Position numbers and translations under genes: made by a program. A model generated the notes under the pieces. It saw nothing but the letters and a program-made list of their open reading frames with translations. It did no database searches and was not told the origin of the DNA. Shown piece after piece: positions 32,183-42,138 of a stretch of 64,000 nt of DNA. This stretch comes from Verrucomicrobiota bacterium (GTDB lineage: Bacteria > Verrucomicrobiota > Verrucomicrobiia > Limisphaerales > CANJXF01). The stretch covers positions 1 to 64,000 of the forward strand of contig JBBQRQ010000012.1 of the NCBI GenBank assembly GCA_038214755.1. Reading direction: 5' to 3'. Numbering within the stretch: position 1 is the first letter of the stretch; each line of letters starts with the position of its first letter.

Positions 32183-33130
32183 ATGATTTTTAAACGATTG
32201 AGTTTTTATCTGGCGCTGGCGGGAATTATTGGCGCCGTGGTTTTGATCAAGAAGCTCAAGCGACAACCACCACCACCGCCGCCCTTGACCGAGCCGGCGC
32301 GATCGCCGTTTACAAATTCTGTGGCCGCCACCGGAATTATTGAAGCGACAAAAGAGAATGTAAAAATCGGCGCGATCAAAGCAGGCTTGATCCAAAAAGT
32401 TTTCGTGCAAGTGGGTTCGACAGTGAAAATGGGCGAGCCGCTTTTGCAAATGGATGATCGCGAGGCGCGCGCCCGCTTGGAAACAGCACGTTCGCAACTC
32501 AAAGTTTTGCAAGCGACCCTTGAGATGGAAAAAGTTCAGGCGGCCGACGTGGCAGATCAATTCGCGCGCATTGAAAAATTGGAGAAAGAAAAAGTGGCAA
32601 GCGAAGAAGAACGAAAGCGAAAAGAATTTATGGTGCAAGCCAGCGCCGCGCGCGTCGCGAAAGTGGAGGCGGACCTCAACGCCGCCAGCAACCAGATGAG
32701 CAGCGCGGAGGTCGATTTGGAAATTCTCACCGTGCGCGCTCCTCGTGACGGAGTGATTTTGCAAGTCAACGCCCGCGCGGGCGAATACGCGAACCTCATG
32801 CCGAGCGAGCCGATGATGATTCTCGGCGATGTGAACACGTTTCAGATTCGCGCCGACGTGGATGAACAAAATGCGTTTCTCATCGAACCGAACCAGCCCG
32901 CCGTCGCGTTTCTCAAAGGCGATACGAAGAATCCGATGCCGCTCCGTTTCGTGCGGATCGAACCATTTGTCATTCCGAAACGTTCGCTTACCGGCGACAG
33001 CGCCGAGCGTGTGGACACTCGCGTGTTGCAAATTATTTTTGAACTCGACCGTCCGAAAACTTCCGTTTACGTCGGGCAACAAGTGGATGTTTTCATTCAA
33101 CGAACGCGAGTTCGCGCTGCGGAAAAATGA
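32183..33130 (+). CDS. Efflux periplasmic adaptor (HlyD-type)
   Basis: N-terminal TM, lipoyl halves, coiled coil, RAPRDG, ERVDTRVLQ. Confidence 0.9.
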   Translation: MIFKRLSFYLALAGIIGAVVLIKKLKRQPPPPPPLTEPARSPFTNSVAATGIIEATKENVKIGAIKAGLIQKVFVQVGSTVKMGEPLLQMDDREARARLETARSQLKVLQATLEMEKVQAADVADQFARIEKLEKEKVASEEERKRKEFMVQASAARVAKVEADLNAASNQMSSAEVDLEILTVRAPRDGVILQVNARAGEYANLMPSEPMMILGDVNTFQIRADVDEQNAFLIEPNQPAVAFLKGDTKNPMPLRFVRIEPFVIPKRSLTGDSAERVDTRVLQIIFELDRPKTSVYVGQQVDVFIQRTRVRAAEK

Positions 33131-33161
33131 GGGCCGCGATTTCTGTTCAGGCAAAAATTTT

Positions 33162-34652
33162 ATGAATCGATTTAAACCCGAATTTTGCGTGAGAGCCGTA
33201 GCGCAGGTTTTTAACCTGCTGTATCGCGGGTTTGCAACCCGCTGGATGTCGCGACGCCCAGCCGGTTGCAAACCGGCGATACAGCAGCTTGCAAAGCTGC
33301 GCTACGTTGCGCTCTTGGCGATCACAGGTTTTTCAGCATTTGCTCAAACCAATTACGAAGTCCGCGCGACGAATTTAATTTCCAAACCGCTCTCTGTCGC
33401 CGAGGCGTTGAACATCGCGTTGGAAAAAAATGCGTCGATCTTGCGCGGCAAAGCGGATCTCAAGGCGGCTCATGGAGTCGTCCTGCAAACGCGGGCCATT
33501 GCCATCCCCAAACTTCGCGCTGGAGCGGATTACCAGTTGACGGATGAAGGCGCGATTGAAGGTTTCACGCCGCAAGGAGGGACCAATTTTTCCGCCGTGA
33601 AAAACAATAATCAAAAATGGTCGGCCAGCATTCGCCTACAGCAATCGATTTACGAAGGAGGTCGAATCAACTCCGCGTTGCGCGCGGCGCGGCTCACGAA
33701 AGAGCAGGCGATTTTAAATTATCAAACCGTCCTCGCCGACACCTTGCGCGACGTGCGCGTGGCTTACGACGACGTTCTGCTCGCGGAACAAAGCATCGCC
33801 GTGCAGGAGGCGTCGGTGAATTTGTTGAGCAAGGAATTTGAAGACACATCGCGGCGTTTCGAAGCGGGCACGGTTCCGCGGTTCAATGTCTTGCGCGCCG
33901 AAGTGGAAGTGGCCAATGCGCGTCCGAGATTGATTCGCGCGCGCAACGCATTTCGCATCTCAAAAAATAATCTGGCGAACCTCCTCGGTTGCGATTTGCC
34001 GCGCGGGATGGGCGAAGATATTCCGCTGCAACTGACGAGCAAACTTGATGAGACGCCCTACGAAATGGACCTGTCCAACGCGTTACTGCGCGCTTTTGAA
34101 AATCGGACGGAACTCGCGGCGCTGCGCAAAGCGGAAAAACTTCGCGGTGAAAATATCGTCAACGCCCAAGGCGGTTACAAACCGAGCGTGCAGGTTTTTG
34201 CCGGGTACGGTTCCCGCAGTTCCGTTTTTGGAGACGATCTGAGCCGCGATGTTTCCGGCTGGTTTACGGGCGCGCAATTGAGTTGGGATATTTTTGATGG
34301 AGGATTAACGAGAGGGAGGGTCATTCAGGCCACGGCGCTGCACGAGCGAGCGGAAGTGGACGTGGAAGATTCGGCGCGGCGAATCGAGCTGGAGGTGCGC
34401 ACGGCCTATTCGACTTTGATCGAAGCGCGCGAAGTTTTGGAATCGCAAAAAAAAGTTCAGGAACAAGCGGACGAGGCGTTGCGTTTGGCGCAAGCGCGGA
34501 TCGGCGCTGGAGCTGCGACGCAACTCGACGTGCTCAGCGCGCAAACCGCCTTGACCGAAGCGCGCTCGACGCAGATTCAGGCGCTGCGGGATTTTTCCGT
34601 GGCGAAAACGCAACTCGAACACGCGATGGGAAATCAAATCGAAATAAAATGA
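33162..34652 (+). CDS. TolC-family outer membrane efflux protein with an in-frame palindrome in the signal peptide
   Basis: Two OEP repeats; last gene of the efflux operon; start inferred at ATG 33162 (alternative 33246). Confidence 0.9.
   Translation: MNRFKPEFCVRAVAQVFNLLYRGFATRWMSRRPAGCKPAIQQLAKLRYVALLAITGFSAFAQTNYEVRATNLISKPLSVAEALNIALEKNASILRGKADLKAAHGVVLQTRAIAIPKLRAGADYQLTDEGAIEGFTPQGGTNFSAVKNNNQKWSASIRLQQSIYEGGRINSALRAARLTKEQAILNYQTVLADTLRDVRVAYDDVLLAEQSIAVQEASVNLLSKEFEDTSRRFEAGTVPRFNVLRAEVEVANARPRLIRARNAFRISKNNLANLLGCDLPRGMGEDIPLQLTSKLDETPYEMDLSNALLRAFENRTELAALRKAEKLRGENIVNAQGGYKPSVQVFAGYGSRSSVFGDDLSRDVSGWFTGAQLSWDIFDGGLTRGRVIQATALHERAEVDVEDSARRIELEVRTAYSTLIEAREVLESQKKVQEQADEALRLAQARIGAGAATQLDVLSAQTALTEARSTQIQALRDFSVAKTQLEHAMGNQIEIK
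33198..33305. repeat. 108-bp GTAG...CTAC palindromic element inside the TolC ORF
   Basis: GTAGCGCAG...CTGCTGTATCGC / GCGATACAGCAG...CTGCGCTAC. Confidence 0.9.
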
Positions 34653-34661
34653 TTCGGAACG

Positions 34662-34809
34662 CGGATAGCATCTGCCTCCGGCGGGTGCGAAAACATTTTT
34701 TGGAACGCCGATCTCCCGATCGGCTCGTTGCCGGGAGGGTCGGTCAGTGCCGATCGGGAGATCGGCGTTCCGGATAGACTTCGCACCCGCCGGAGGCAGA
34801 TGCTACCCG
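34662..34809. repeat. Nested palindromic elements
   Basis: Outer arms match 50521-50602; inner element 34702-34771 is related to 39432-39505. Confidence 0.9.
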
Positions 34810-34895
34810 GCGCTGGACGGAGTCTCGCCCGCCGAATTTTAAACTTTTTCTCGCGCAACCTCCCTCCCGCGACTACAACCTTCGCTCGTTCTTAA

Positions 34896-36101
34896 ATGAA
34901 AAAACCATCGCTGCTGATTATTTTTCTCACTGTTTTTATCGATCTGATCGGCTTTGGTTTGATCCTGCCGTTGATCCCGATTTTCAGCAAAAATTTCCAC
35001 GCTTCCGGTTTCGTCATTGGCGGAATCATGGCGGCGTATTCGCTCATGCAATTTATTTTCTCGCCGGTCTGGGGACGACTTTCTGATCGCATCGGACGCC
35101 GCCCGATTTTGTTGGGCAGCACGGCGTGCGCGGCGATTTCCTACGGTCTTTTCGCCTATGGCAGTGGCTTGCGGGATCACAAAGCGCTCTGGATTATTTT
35201 GATCTCGCGGCTGATCGCTGGAATCTGCGGCGCGAATATCACCGTCGCGCAGGCCTACATCGCGGACATCACACCGCCGGAAAAGCGTTCCGCGCGCATG
35301 GGGCTGATCGGAATGGCGTTCGGTCTTGGATTTATTTTCGGCCCGGCGTTGGGCGCGGTCAGCATCACTTATTTCGGCTTGTCCGGGCCGGGCTGGACTG
35401 CCGCGACCCTTTGCGCGTTAAATTTCGTTTCGGCGTTTTTTATTTTGCGCGAAAGCTGGCAGCCCGCCGCTCATCACGTCGAACAACGGCCGCACTTCGC
35501 GCAATTTTTGCACACGATGGGCCAACCCGCGCTCGGGCTGTTGATTGGGATTTTTTTTCTCGCCACATTTTCTTTCACTTGTTTTGAAACCACCATCGGC
35601 TTGCTCGTGAGCAAAGTTTTTCACCTTGATTTGACTCAAGGAAAAAGCGTGCAAACCGTCGCCTGGCTCATCGTTTATTGCGGCCTTCTCGGAGCGCTGG
35701 TGCAAGGCGGATTGACCGGGCGACTGGTCAAAAAAATGGGCGAACCAAAATTGATTTCCGCGAGTTTAATTTTGGCGGCAATTGGGATTGGTGCGATTCC
35801 CTATTCCACCACCTGGGCGCTGCTTTTGGTGGGTCTGGGAATTTTCTCGATTGGCTCGAGCCTGACGCGCCCGCCGGTTTTCGGAATGATTTCGCTCCTC
35901 ACTTTGCCAACGGAACAAGGCACCACGATGGGCGTCGCACAAGGAGTCGGAAGCCTGGCGCGAATTGTCGGCCCCATTTTTGCCGCGAGCCTTTTCGACA
36001 AACACCCGGCTCTGCCGTATTTGATTTGCGCGGTCGTGTTATTTCTCACCGGACTTTTTTCCGCGCAATATTTACGGAAGGCGGAACCCGTCGTGGCTTG
36101 A
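34896..36101 (+). CDS. MFS transporter (TetA/DHA1-like)
   Basis: GRLSDRIGRRP motif A, GLGFIFGPALG motif C, about 12 TM. Confidence 0.92.
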   Translation: MKKPSLLIIFLTVFIDLIGFGLILPLIPIFSKNFHASGFVIGGIMAAYSLMQFIFSPVWGRLSDRIGRRPILLGSTACAAISYGLFAYGSGLRDHKALWIILISRLIAGICGANITVAQAYIADITPPEKRSARMGLIGMAFGLGFIFGPALGAVSITYFGLSGPGWTAATLCALNFVSAFFILRESWQPAAHHVEQRPHFAQFLHTMGQPALGLLIGIFFLATFSFTCFETTIGLLVSKVFHLDLTQGKSVQTVAWLIVYCGLLGALVQGGLTGRLVKKMGEPKLISASLILAAIGIGAIPYSTTWALLLVGLGIFSIGSSLTRPPVFGMISLLTLPTEQGTTMGVAQGVGSLARIVGPIFAASLFDKHPALPYLICAVVLFLTGLFSAQYLRKAEPVVA

Positions 36102-36355
36102 GAGGGCGGAAGGGTGGGTTGGGCGCATCTGGGGATTATAGCGATTGCCCAAATAAATTTCCGAAACGTGTCAGTGTCAGAATGGAGCGCAGAGCATTGC
36201 TCCGCGCTCCGTTCGATTCGGAAATTTATTTTGAGAACCCCTTTGGTCGTGTCCTGCGCGCTCCGGTTCCTCCCACGTGCGCAAGGCAATTTCTCGGACC
36301 GATGGCCGGTTCGCACTATTGAGAACGGCACGAACGCTGCTCGCCAATCGGGGTT

Positions 36356-37141
36356 ATGGCCCGACAAAAAAAAGATGCTCGCGAGGAAATCGTCCCGGCC
36401 ATCGGCGTCTTGATTTTATTCGGCTTCTTTTTCATTCCACAGTTCCACTCCTATTTAAAGGTCGTTTCGGTTCTCTTTTTGTTGGGATTGAGCGCCTTCC
36501 TCGGCTGCCGATTCTGGAAACGACGGAATTCCGAACACCACCTCAACTCCAGTGAACCGGACAGCTTTTTTGCGAAAGCCCAGCCGGACCATCAGCATGA
36601 TTCTACTCTCTCGGAGCAACTTCGCGCCATCGATTGGTTCCAGTTTGAAAAACTCATTGAGGCGGTTTACCGATCCAAAAATTATAAAGTCGAACGAGTT
36701 GATGGAGCCACTCCCGAGGGAGGCATCGATTTGATCGTGGAAAATCCCGCCACCCGGTTTGTCGTGCAATGCAAGCAATGGAAAAGTTGGAAGGTCGGAG
36801 TGCAGCAGATCCGTGAATTTTTAGGCGCGTTGGCCGACGTGGGTGTCCGCAAAGGCGTGTTCATCACTTTGCAGGGTTACACCGAGGAAGCGAAAGAATT
36901 GGCGGGCAAACATGGCATCCGGATTTTGGATGAAGCGGCCGTGCTCAAGCTTTTGGAAGAAGTGAATTGGAAATATAATTCCGCCATTCTTGCGACTCTG
37001 GTCGAGGCGGACAAACGCTGCGCAAAATGCGGTAGCCCAATCGCTCTTCGAACCGCGACGAAAGGCAAAAATATCGGCGAACAATTTTGGGGCTGCTCAA
37101 CTTATCCGCGATGTAAATTCGTTCTGAATATCCAATCATAA
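36356..37141 (+). CDS. Membrane-anchored Mrr-like restriction endonuclease with C4 zinc ribbon
   Basis: 2 TM, FEKL, GGIDL...VQCK, CAKC...FWGCSTYPRC. Confidence 0.88.
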   Translation: MARQKKDAREEIVPAIGVLILFGFFFIPQFHSYLKVVSVLFLLGLSAFLGCRFWKRRNSEHHLNSSEPDSFFAKAQPDHQHDSTLSEQLRAIDWFQFEKLIEAVYRSKNYKVERVDGATPEGGIDLIVENPATRFVVQCKQWKSWKVGVQQIREFLGALADVGVRKGVFITLQGYTEEAKELAGKHGIRILDEAAVLKLLEEVNWKYNSAILATLVEADKRCAKCGSPIALRTATKGKNIGEQFWGCSTYPRCKFVLNIQS

Positions 37142-37293
37142 AATAAAATTCGTTTTCTCCTCGTCGGACAACAAGGAACTTCTCGATTCGTTGATCGAGA
37201 AATAAAATTCAGCGGTCGTTCCAGACGCGCCGCTACGATTGACCAATCGAAAATTAAGTTGCTATCGGCCTGGGCAAATTTATTTTTTCGGGA

Positions 37294-38124
37294 ATGGAAC
37301 TCCCCACGATTTCTGGCCTGCTACGCCTCCCTTTATTCCTCAATTGTTTTGCTCTGAATTTGTGGACTGCACTGGCCGAAGTGGCGCCGCCAAATTCGCT
37401 GCCCTGTTTTCCCGGCGCGTATTATCGCAAGGCCGTCTCGTCATTCGATCTTTGGACCGGGATCGAAGGGGTAATCACACTTCCGGTTCCCGCCTTTGAT
37501 CCAGCGCGGACGAATGCGGACGGCTACCTCGATAACCCGTCTGTTTACCTCGGCGGTCAAGCGGCGAACCAGGAAATCGACGCCGGCCTGAGTTGGTCGG
37601 GCATCCGCGACGCGACGGGAGCGATCACCAAAGAACGGAAAGCATTTCGAATTTTTTGGCGCAATGAGAAATGGCACACGGGACCCGCTCAGCCTGAACT
37701 TACTTTTTTCCCCGGCGACACCGTTCGACTGCGGTGCGAAACCAGAGAACGCGGAACTTTAAAACTATTTGTGCAACTTGTCGCGCGCGGAGACCGTGCC
37801 CCGGAAGGATTTCGAGATAAAACCAATGGCCTTTTTCAAACAGAGTTTCGCGCGGCGAATTTTGGGCCGGAGCAGACACAACAATTCAAGCGGGTCAACG
37901 CCATCGATCAAGTCGGGCGCGAGGGAAAATCCGTGGAAGCAACCGGCAGCAAAATTCTTAGGGCAACGTGGCGCGAAGTTTTTCTTCTTCGCGGGACAAA
38001 TGGGATTCCAATGACGCCGGAAAAATTTACCGATATGCGCTGTCCAAATGGGCAGCACATCGAGGTGGAAAAAATAAATGAATGCGGGGAGCGCGTTTCA
38101 ATTTTTGGCGGACGGAAAGAATAA
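37294..38124 (+). CDS. Secreted hypothetical beta-rich protein
   Basis: Signal-like N-terminus; GAYYRK, DNPSVYLGG and EIDAGLSW motifs. Confidence 0.75.
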   Translation: MELPTISGLLRLPLFLNCFALNLWTALAEVAPPNSLPCFPGAYYRKAVSSFDLWTGIEGVITLPVPAFDPARTNADGYLDNPSVYLGGQAANQEIDAGLSWSGIRDATGAITKERKAFRIFWRNEKWHTGPAQPELTFFPGDTVRLRCETRERGTLKLFVQLVARGDRAPEGFRDKTNGLFQTEFRAANFGPEQTQQFKRVNAIDQVGREGKSVEATGSKILRATWREVFLLRGTNGIPMTPEKFTDMRCPNGQHIEVEKINECGERVSIFGGRKE

Positions 38125-38126
38125 AA

Positions 38127-38264
38127 GGATTGTTGGATGGGTGGATGATTGGATTGATGGATTTGGGAAATGTCTTGGGGTGACGCGAGAGATTCAGCCG
38201 TTTCAACGGCTTCGGCGCAAATCCATTCATCCACAAATCCATCTATCCAACAATCCATTCATCC
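38127..38264. repeat. Inverted octamer tandem arrays (GGATTGWT)n...(AATCCATT)n
   Basis: About 5 units per arm; half copy at 13968-13996. Confidence 0.85.
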
Positions 38265-38347
38265 AACCCCCGCTGGGGCAGCAAGGGCGTTGACACGTTC
38301 GCATTTCCTGCTTTAACCTGCGGCCTCATTTATAACTCACAGACAAC

Positions 38348-39106
38348 ATGTTGATTCGAATTAGTTTGTTAATTGCCATTGTCGCGGGACTCGCTGCCGC
38401 CGGTCTCGGCTTCCTCAAAGTGAAGGAAAAAATCGTCACCACCATGATTGAGCGCGACGAAGAAAAAAAACAGAAGGAGTCCGCCCAGGCCGAACGCGAC
38501 AAGACCAAGAAAACTCTCAAGACCACGCAGGAGGATCTCGCCACCACGAAAAAAACGCTCACCACCACGCGCAAGGAACTCGAAACCCAGACCGCGCGCG
38601 CTGAAGATTTGGACAAACAAAAAACCGATCTCACCACTCAACTCGCCACCGCCAAAGGCGAACGCGAGATCGCGCAAAATAAATTGCTCGCGTGGGATCT
38701 GATTCAAAAAACGCCCGAGGAAGTCAAAGTCGTCATTTCTGACCTCGCTAAGACCCGCAAGGAAAAGGATGTGGTCCTCGCTGAAAACAAAATCTTTGCG
38801 CGCGACAACCGGGCGCTAAAACAAAAAATTAACGATCTCATCGGAGATACCGAGACCGTCGCGCTCCCGGTCGGATTGAAAGGCAACGTCGTCGCGGTCG
38901 ATCCTAAATTTGATTTCGTCGTACTCGATATCGGCGCCAAAGATGGAGTTTTGGAACGCGGGGAAATGCTGGTGAACCGACGTGGCAAACTCGTGGCGAA
39001 AGTCCGCATCGCCAGTGTCGCGGCTGACCGCAGCGTCGCCAATGTCCTGCCGGAGTGGAAAAATTCCGGGCTGGAAATAATGGAAGGCGATCAAGTTATT
39101 TACTGA
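38348..39106 (+). CDS. Membrane-anchored coiled-coil protein with C-terminal beta domain
   Basis: N-terminal TM, heptads, G.VVAVDPKFDFVVLDIG...GD.V. Confidence 0.85.
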   Translation: MLIRISLLIAIVAGLAAAGLGFLKVKEKIVTTMIERDEEKKQKESAQAERDKTKKTLKTTQEDLATTKKTLTTTRKELETQTARAEDLDKQKTDLTTQLATAKGEREIAQNKLLAWDLIQKTPEEVKVVISDLAKTRKEKDVVLAENKIFARDNRALKQKINDLIGDTETVALPVGLKGNVVAVDPKFDFVVLDIGAKDGVLERGEMLVNRRGKLVAKVRIASVAADRSVANVLPEWKNSGLEIMEGDQVIY

Positions 39107-39107
39107 A

Positions 39108-39395
39108 ATGAAATCGCAACTTGACTCTCCCAGTGAACTCTCTGGTAGCCGCCGACGTGAGGAGGCGGAAACTGGCGCGCCAACCCAAATCCGCCTCCTC
39201 ACGTCGGCGGCTACTATATTCAAGGCGCGAACTGTTTTTTCAGGGGGTTCCCTTTTCGCGATCACAGCGTTGATTTTTATTTCCGCAATGTTGACCGGTT
39301 GCGCCACGACCGATTCGGAAAATGTTTCGTCTCGCCCTTGGAACGCGCCGCAAGGTTGGTCGGGTCTTCCTTCTGGAATCAACGAGGGCCGTTGA
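39108..39395 (+). CDS. Small lipoprotein with a translated palindrome in its N-terminus
   Basis: LTGC lipobox; ATG 1 nt after the upstream stop; palindrome at 39145-39214. Confidence 0.7.
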   Translation: MKSQLDSPSELSGSRRREEAETGAPTQIRLLTSAATIFKARTVFSGGSLFAITALIFISAMLTGCATTDSENVSSRPWNAPQGWSGLPSGINEGR

Positions 39396-39431
39396 TACGC
39401 TCCCGATCTGGTTGCCGAAAAAATTCCCGGT

Positions 39432-39505
39432 GGGAGCGCCGATTTCCCAATCGGCAGGACACTGAACTCTCAGAAACGACGAGCCGAACCGGAGTTCGGC
39501 GTTCC
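39432..39505. repeat. GGARCGCCGA...TCGGCGTTCC palindromic element
   Basis: Related to 34702-34771; lies between convergent genes. Confidence 0.75.
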
Positions 39506-39548
39506 AATTCGCACGACGCTTTTCGGAAAATTTATTTCGGCAACCAGT

Positions 39549-41114
39549 CTATTTCGCAAACTCCACCACGCGTTGTTCCCTCATCACCGTCACCCGAATT
39601 TGGCCGGGATACGCCAATTCCTCCTCGATTTTTCGCGCAATATTTTTGGCCAGCGCAAAACATTCCTCATCGTTCTTTTTTTCCGGATGCACGATAACGC
39701 GCAATTCACGGCCCGCTTGCACTGCGAAACATTTTTCCACGCCCTCGAAAGACAGGCCGATTTTTTCCAGATTTTCCACACGCCGGATATAAGTGGTCAA
39801 CGTTTCAGAACGAGCGCCGGGACGCGACGCGCTCATTGCATCCGCCGCGCCGACCAGAATTCCCAGCAACCCAAGGTGCGGCGCTTCGTCATGGTGCGAG
39901 GCGACCCCATCGACGACTTGTTCGGATTCACCAAATCGTTTGATAAATTCCGCGCCGACAATGGCGTGGGCTCCTTCGATTTCGTGACTCATCGCTTTCC
40001 CAATGTCATGCAACAGCCCGGCTCGTTTGGCGGAGGCGATGTCGATTCCCAATTCCGCCGCCATCAAACCCATCAACCCGGCGACCTCGATGGAATGTTC
40101 AAGAATATTTTGGGAAAAGCTCTGACGAAATTTTAAGCGACCGAGCACCTTGATAATTTCCAAATGCATCGGCGGCAGTCCGAGTCGCAGGACCGCTTCC
40201 TCTCCCGCGCGCAAAATCGTTTCATCGGTTTCATCCCTGACTTTCGCCGCCACTTCTTCAATTCGCGTGGGATGAATTCGCCCGTCCAGGATGAGTCGCT
40301 CCATCGCTTCGCGCGCGATTTCCCTCCGCACCGGATCGAAACCTGAAAGCACCACGGCGTTGGGTGTGTCATCGATGAGAACGGTAATTCCAGTAGCGGC
40401 TTCAAAAGCGCGAATGTTTCGGCCCTCCCGTCCGATGATGCGTCCTTTCATCTCCTCGCTCGGCAACGCGACCGTCGCCGTGGAAGTTTCAAACGTGTGT
40501 TCGCCGGCGTAACGTTGGATGGCCAGGCTGATTATTTTTCGCGCCTTCTCCTCAGCCTTGAGTTTCGCCTCTTCCAGAATGTGGCGAGCCAGATGTCCGG
40601 CGTCGCACATCGATTCCTCCTCGACTTGTTTCAAGAGTTTGGCGCGCGCGTCCGCCGCACTCATCTGGGAAATTTTTTCTAATGCTTCGCGATGCTTTTG
40701 TTTCAGCGCGTCGAGATCGCTGCGAATTTTTTCCAGCGCCTGCTCCTTCGATTCTTGCTCCGTTTCTTTTTCTCGAAGAACTTTTTCCTCTTTCAACAGC
40801 CGCTCCAACTGGCGGTTGACCAATGAATCCCGCTCGTTCAAACGTTGTTCGGCGGTGTCAATGTCATGGCGGCGGCTCGCGAAAAGTTGCTCGGTTTGCT
40901 CCCGTAATTTGAGCGCTTCTTCATTCGCGCCGAGACGGGCTTCGCGCAGAATGGCGGCCGCCTCGCGATGCGCATTGTCCACCGAACTTTTTTCCCGAAG
41001 AGATTGCGCCGCGTGCAGGCCGCGATCTTTCCATTTGAGCAGAAGATAACCGGAGAGGGTGCCAATGGAGAAAATGGCCGCGCCTTCAATAAAACTGTTG
41101 ACCGAAAAACTCAT
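39549..41114 (-). CDS. rny: Ribonuclease Y
   Basis: TM, coiled coil, KGRIIGREGRNIR KH domain, LLHDIGK HD domain. Confidence 0.97.
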   Translation of the reverse strand: MSFSVNSFIEGAAIFSIGTLSGYLLLKWKDRGLHAAQSLREKSSVDNAHREAAAILREARLGANEEALKLREQTEQLFASRRHDIDTAEQRLNERDSLVNRQLERLLKEEKVLREKETEQESKEQALEKIRSDLDALKQKHREALEKISQMSAADARAKLLKQVEEESMCDAGHLARHILEEAKLKAEEKARKIISLAIQRYAGEHTFETSTATVALPSEEMKGRIIGREGRNIRAFEAATGITVLIDDTPNAVVLSGFDPVRREIAREAMERLILDGRIHPTRIEEVAAKVRDETDETILRAGEEAVLRLGLPPMHLEIIKVLGRLKFRQSFSQNILEHSIEVAGLMGLMAAELGIDIASAKRAGLLHDIGKAMSHEIEGAHAIVGAEFIKRFGESEQVVDGVASHHDEAPHLGLLGILVGAADAMSASRPGARSETLTTYIRRVENLEKIGLSFEGVEKCFAVQAGRELRVIVHPEKKNDEECFALAKNIARKIEEELAYPGQIRVTVMREQRVVEFAK

Positions 41115-41128
41115 TCAAAACCTCGCGC

Positions 41129-41707
41129 TCAAGCCGTTGCTTCCAGCCAGCGCGTTGGTGTCAAAATATAATTCACACGCACATCGTGCGGTTCAGTGGG
41201 AATCGTCTCGACGATCTGTTCGTCAAAACAAACTCCGCATTTCGTCCCAGGAATTTGGGCGAGCAATCGGTCATAAAATCCTTTTCCCCGACCGAGCCGC
41301 CGCCCCATCGTGTCGAAGCCTATGCCAGGCACGAGCGCCAAGTCCAGACGGTTTAGGGGTATCTCGATGCATTCTGGATTCGGCTCGCGAATCCCAAACT
41401 GGCCTTGAGAAAAATCGCGTTCCAGATTTTCAACGCGGCAAGCGATGTAATGATTTTTGTCAGCCATAAATTTTGGGAGCGCGACAATTTTGTTGGCCGT
41501 GAACGCGGCGGAAAGAAGCGGCCAGGTATCCGGTTCATTGGAATGAGGGGCGAACAGCAAAATGATTTTTGCGTTCTGCCAAACGTTTTGCTTTTGGAAA
41601 AGTGCGCGGAGTTTTCCGGAAAGTTCGACGCGATCAATTTCAGGAATGGTCGCCAGCCGCTCACGCAAATGTTCCCGCAGATTCTGTTTTTGCGCCTGGA
41701 GCGACAT
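41129..41707 (-). CDS. 5-formyltetrahydrofolate cyclo-ligase
   Basis: VPGIGFD..G.RLGRGKGFYDR, EPHD. Confidence 0.93.
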   Translation of the reverse strand: MSLQAQKQNLREHLRERLATIPEIDRVELSGKLRALFQKQNVWQNAKIILLFAPHSNEPDTWPLLSAAFTANKIVALPKFMADKNHYIACRVENLERDFSQGQFGIREPNPECIEIPLNRLDLALVPGIGFDTMGRRLGRGKGFYDRLLAQIPGTKCGVCFDEQIVETIPTEPHDVRVNYILTPTRWLEATA

Positions 41708-41725
41708 ATCGATATTGCGAAACAA

Positions 41726-42138
41726 TCAGAGCCAACCTAGTTCCGCAAATTCTTCCGCCAACATTTGCGGCGAAACGATTTTGATATTCTGAATTGTTTT
41801 TCCAAGAAACGGCCCAAAGTCGTTACGATCTCCTGTGACAAGGTGTGTCGCTTCTCCAGCAATCGCGCCCCGTAAAATGGGCAAATCTTTCTCAGCCAAT
41901 TCAATTCAACATCAAGTTCCAAAATCACGCTCGGGATCAATTCGCAGTGAGCGACGAGCGCGTCGAGCCTGGAGATGTTTTGAGAAGATTTTAATTCGAT
42001 ATTGCGGCGAGCTTCTTCGACGGCGTAGGCGTTCGTCAAAAAAACAACACGACGCAACGCAGAAGTGACGAGGGTGCGTATCCGACTTTGCGGCAATGAG
42101 GCGGAAAAGAGAATGTTCGCATCGAGAAAAATTCTCAC
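41726..42138 (-). pseudogene. PIN-domain toxin frameshifted by a 5-bp duplication
   Basis: FLDANILFSA start. CAATTCAATT at 41897-41906; removing one copy restores LAEKDLPILRGAIAGEATHLVTGDRNDFG...GWL*. Confidence 0.85.

Noticed and set aside
33173..33189. TAA-ACCCGAATTTTGCG as a family-1 TIR (also ATTCGAACTCGGAA at 46118)
   Set aside because: Only partial matches with no partner end; could be chance
31766..33271. 501-aa minus-strand ORF and similar long antisense ORFs
   Set aside because: Shadows of the efflux genes in GC-rich DNA
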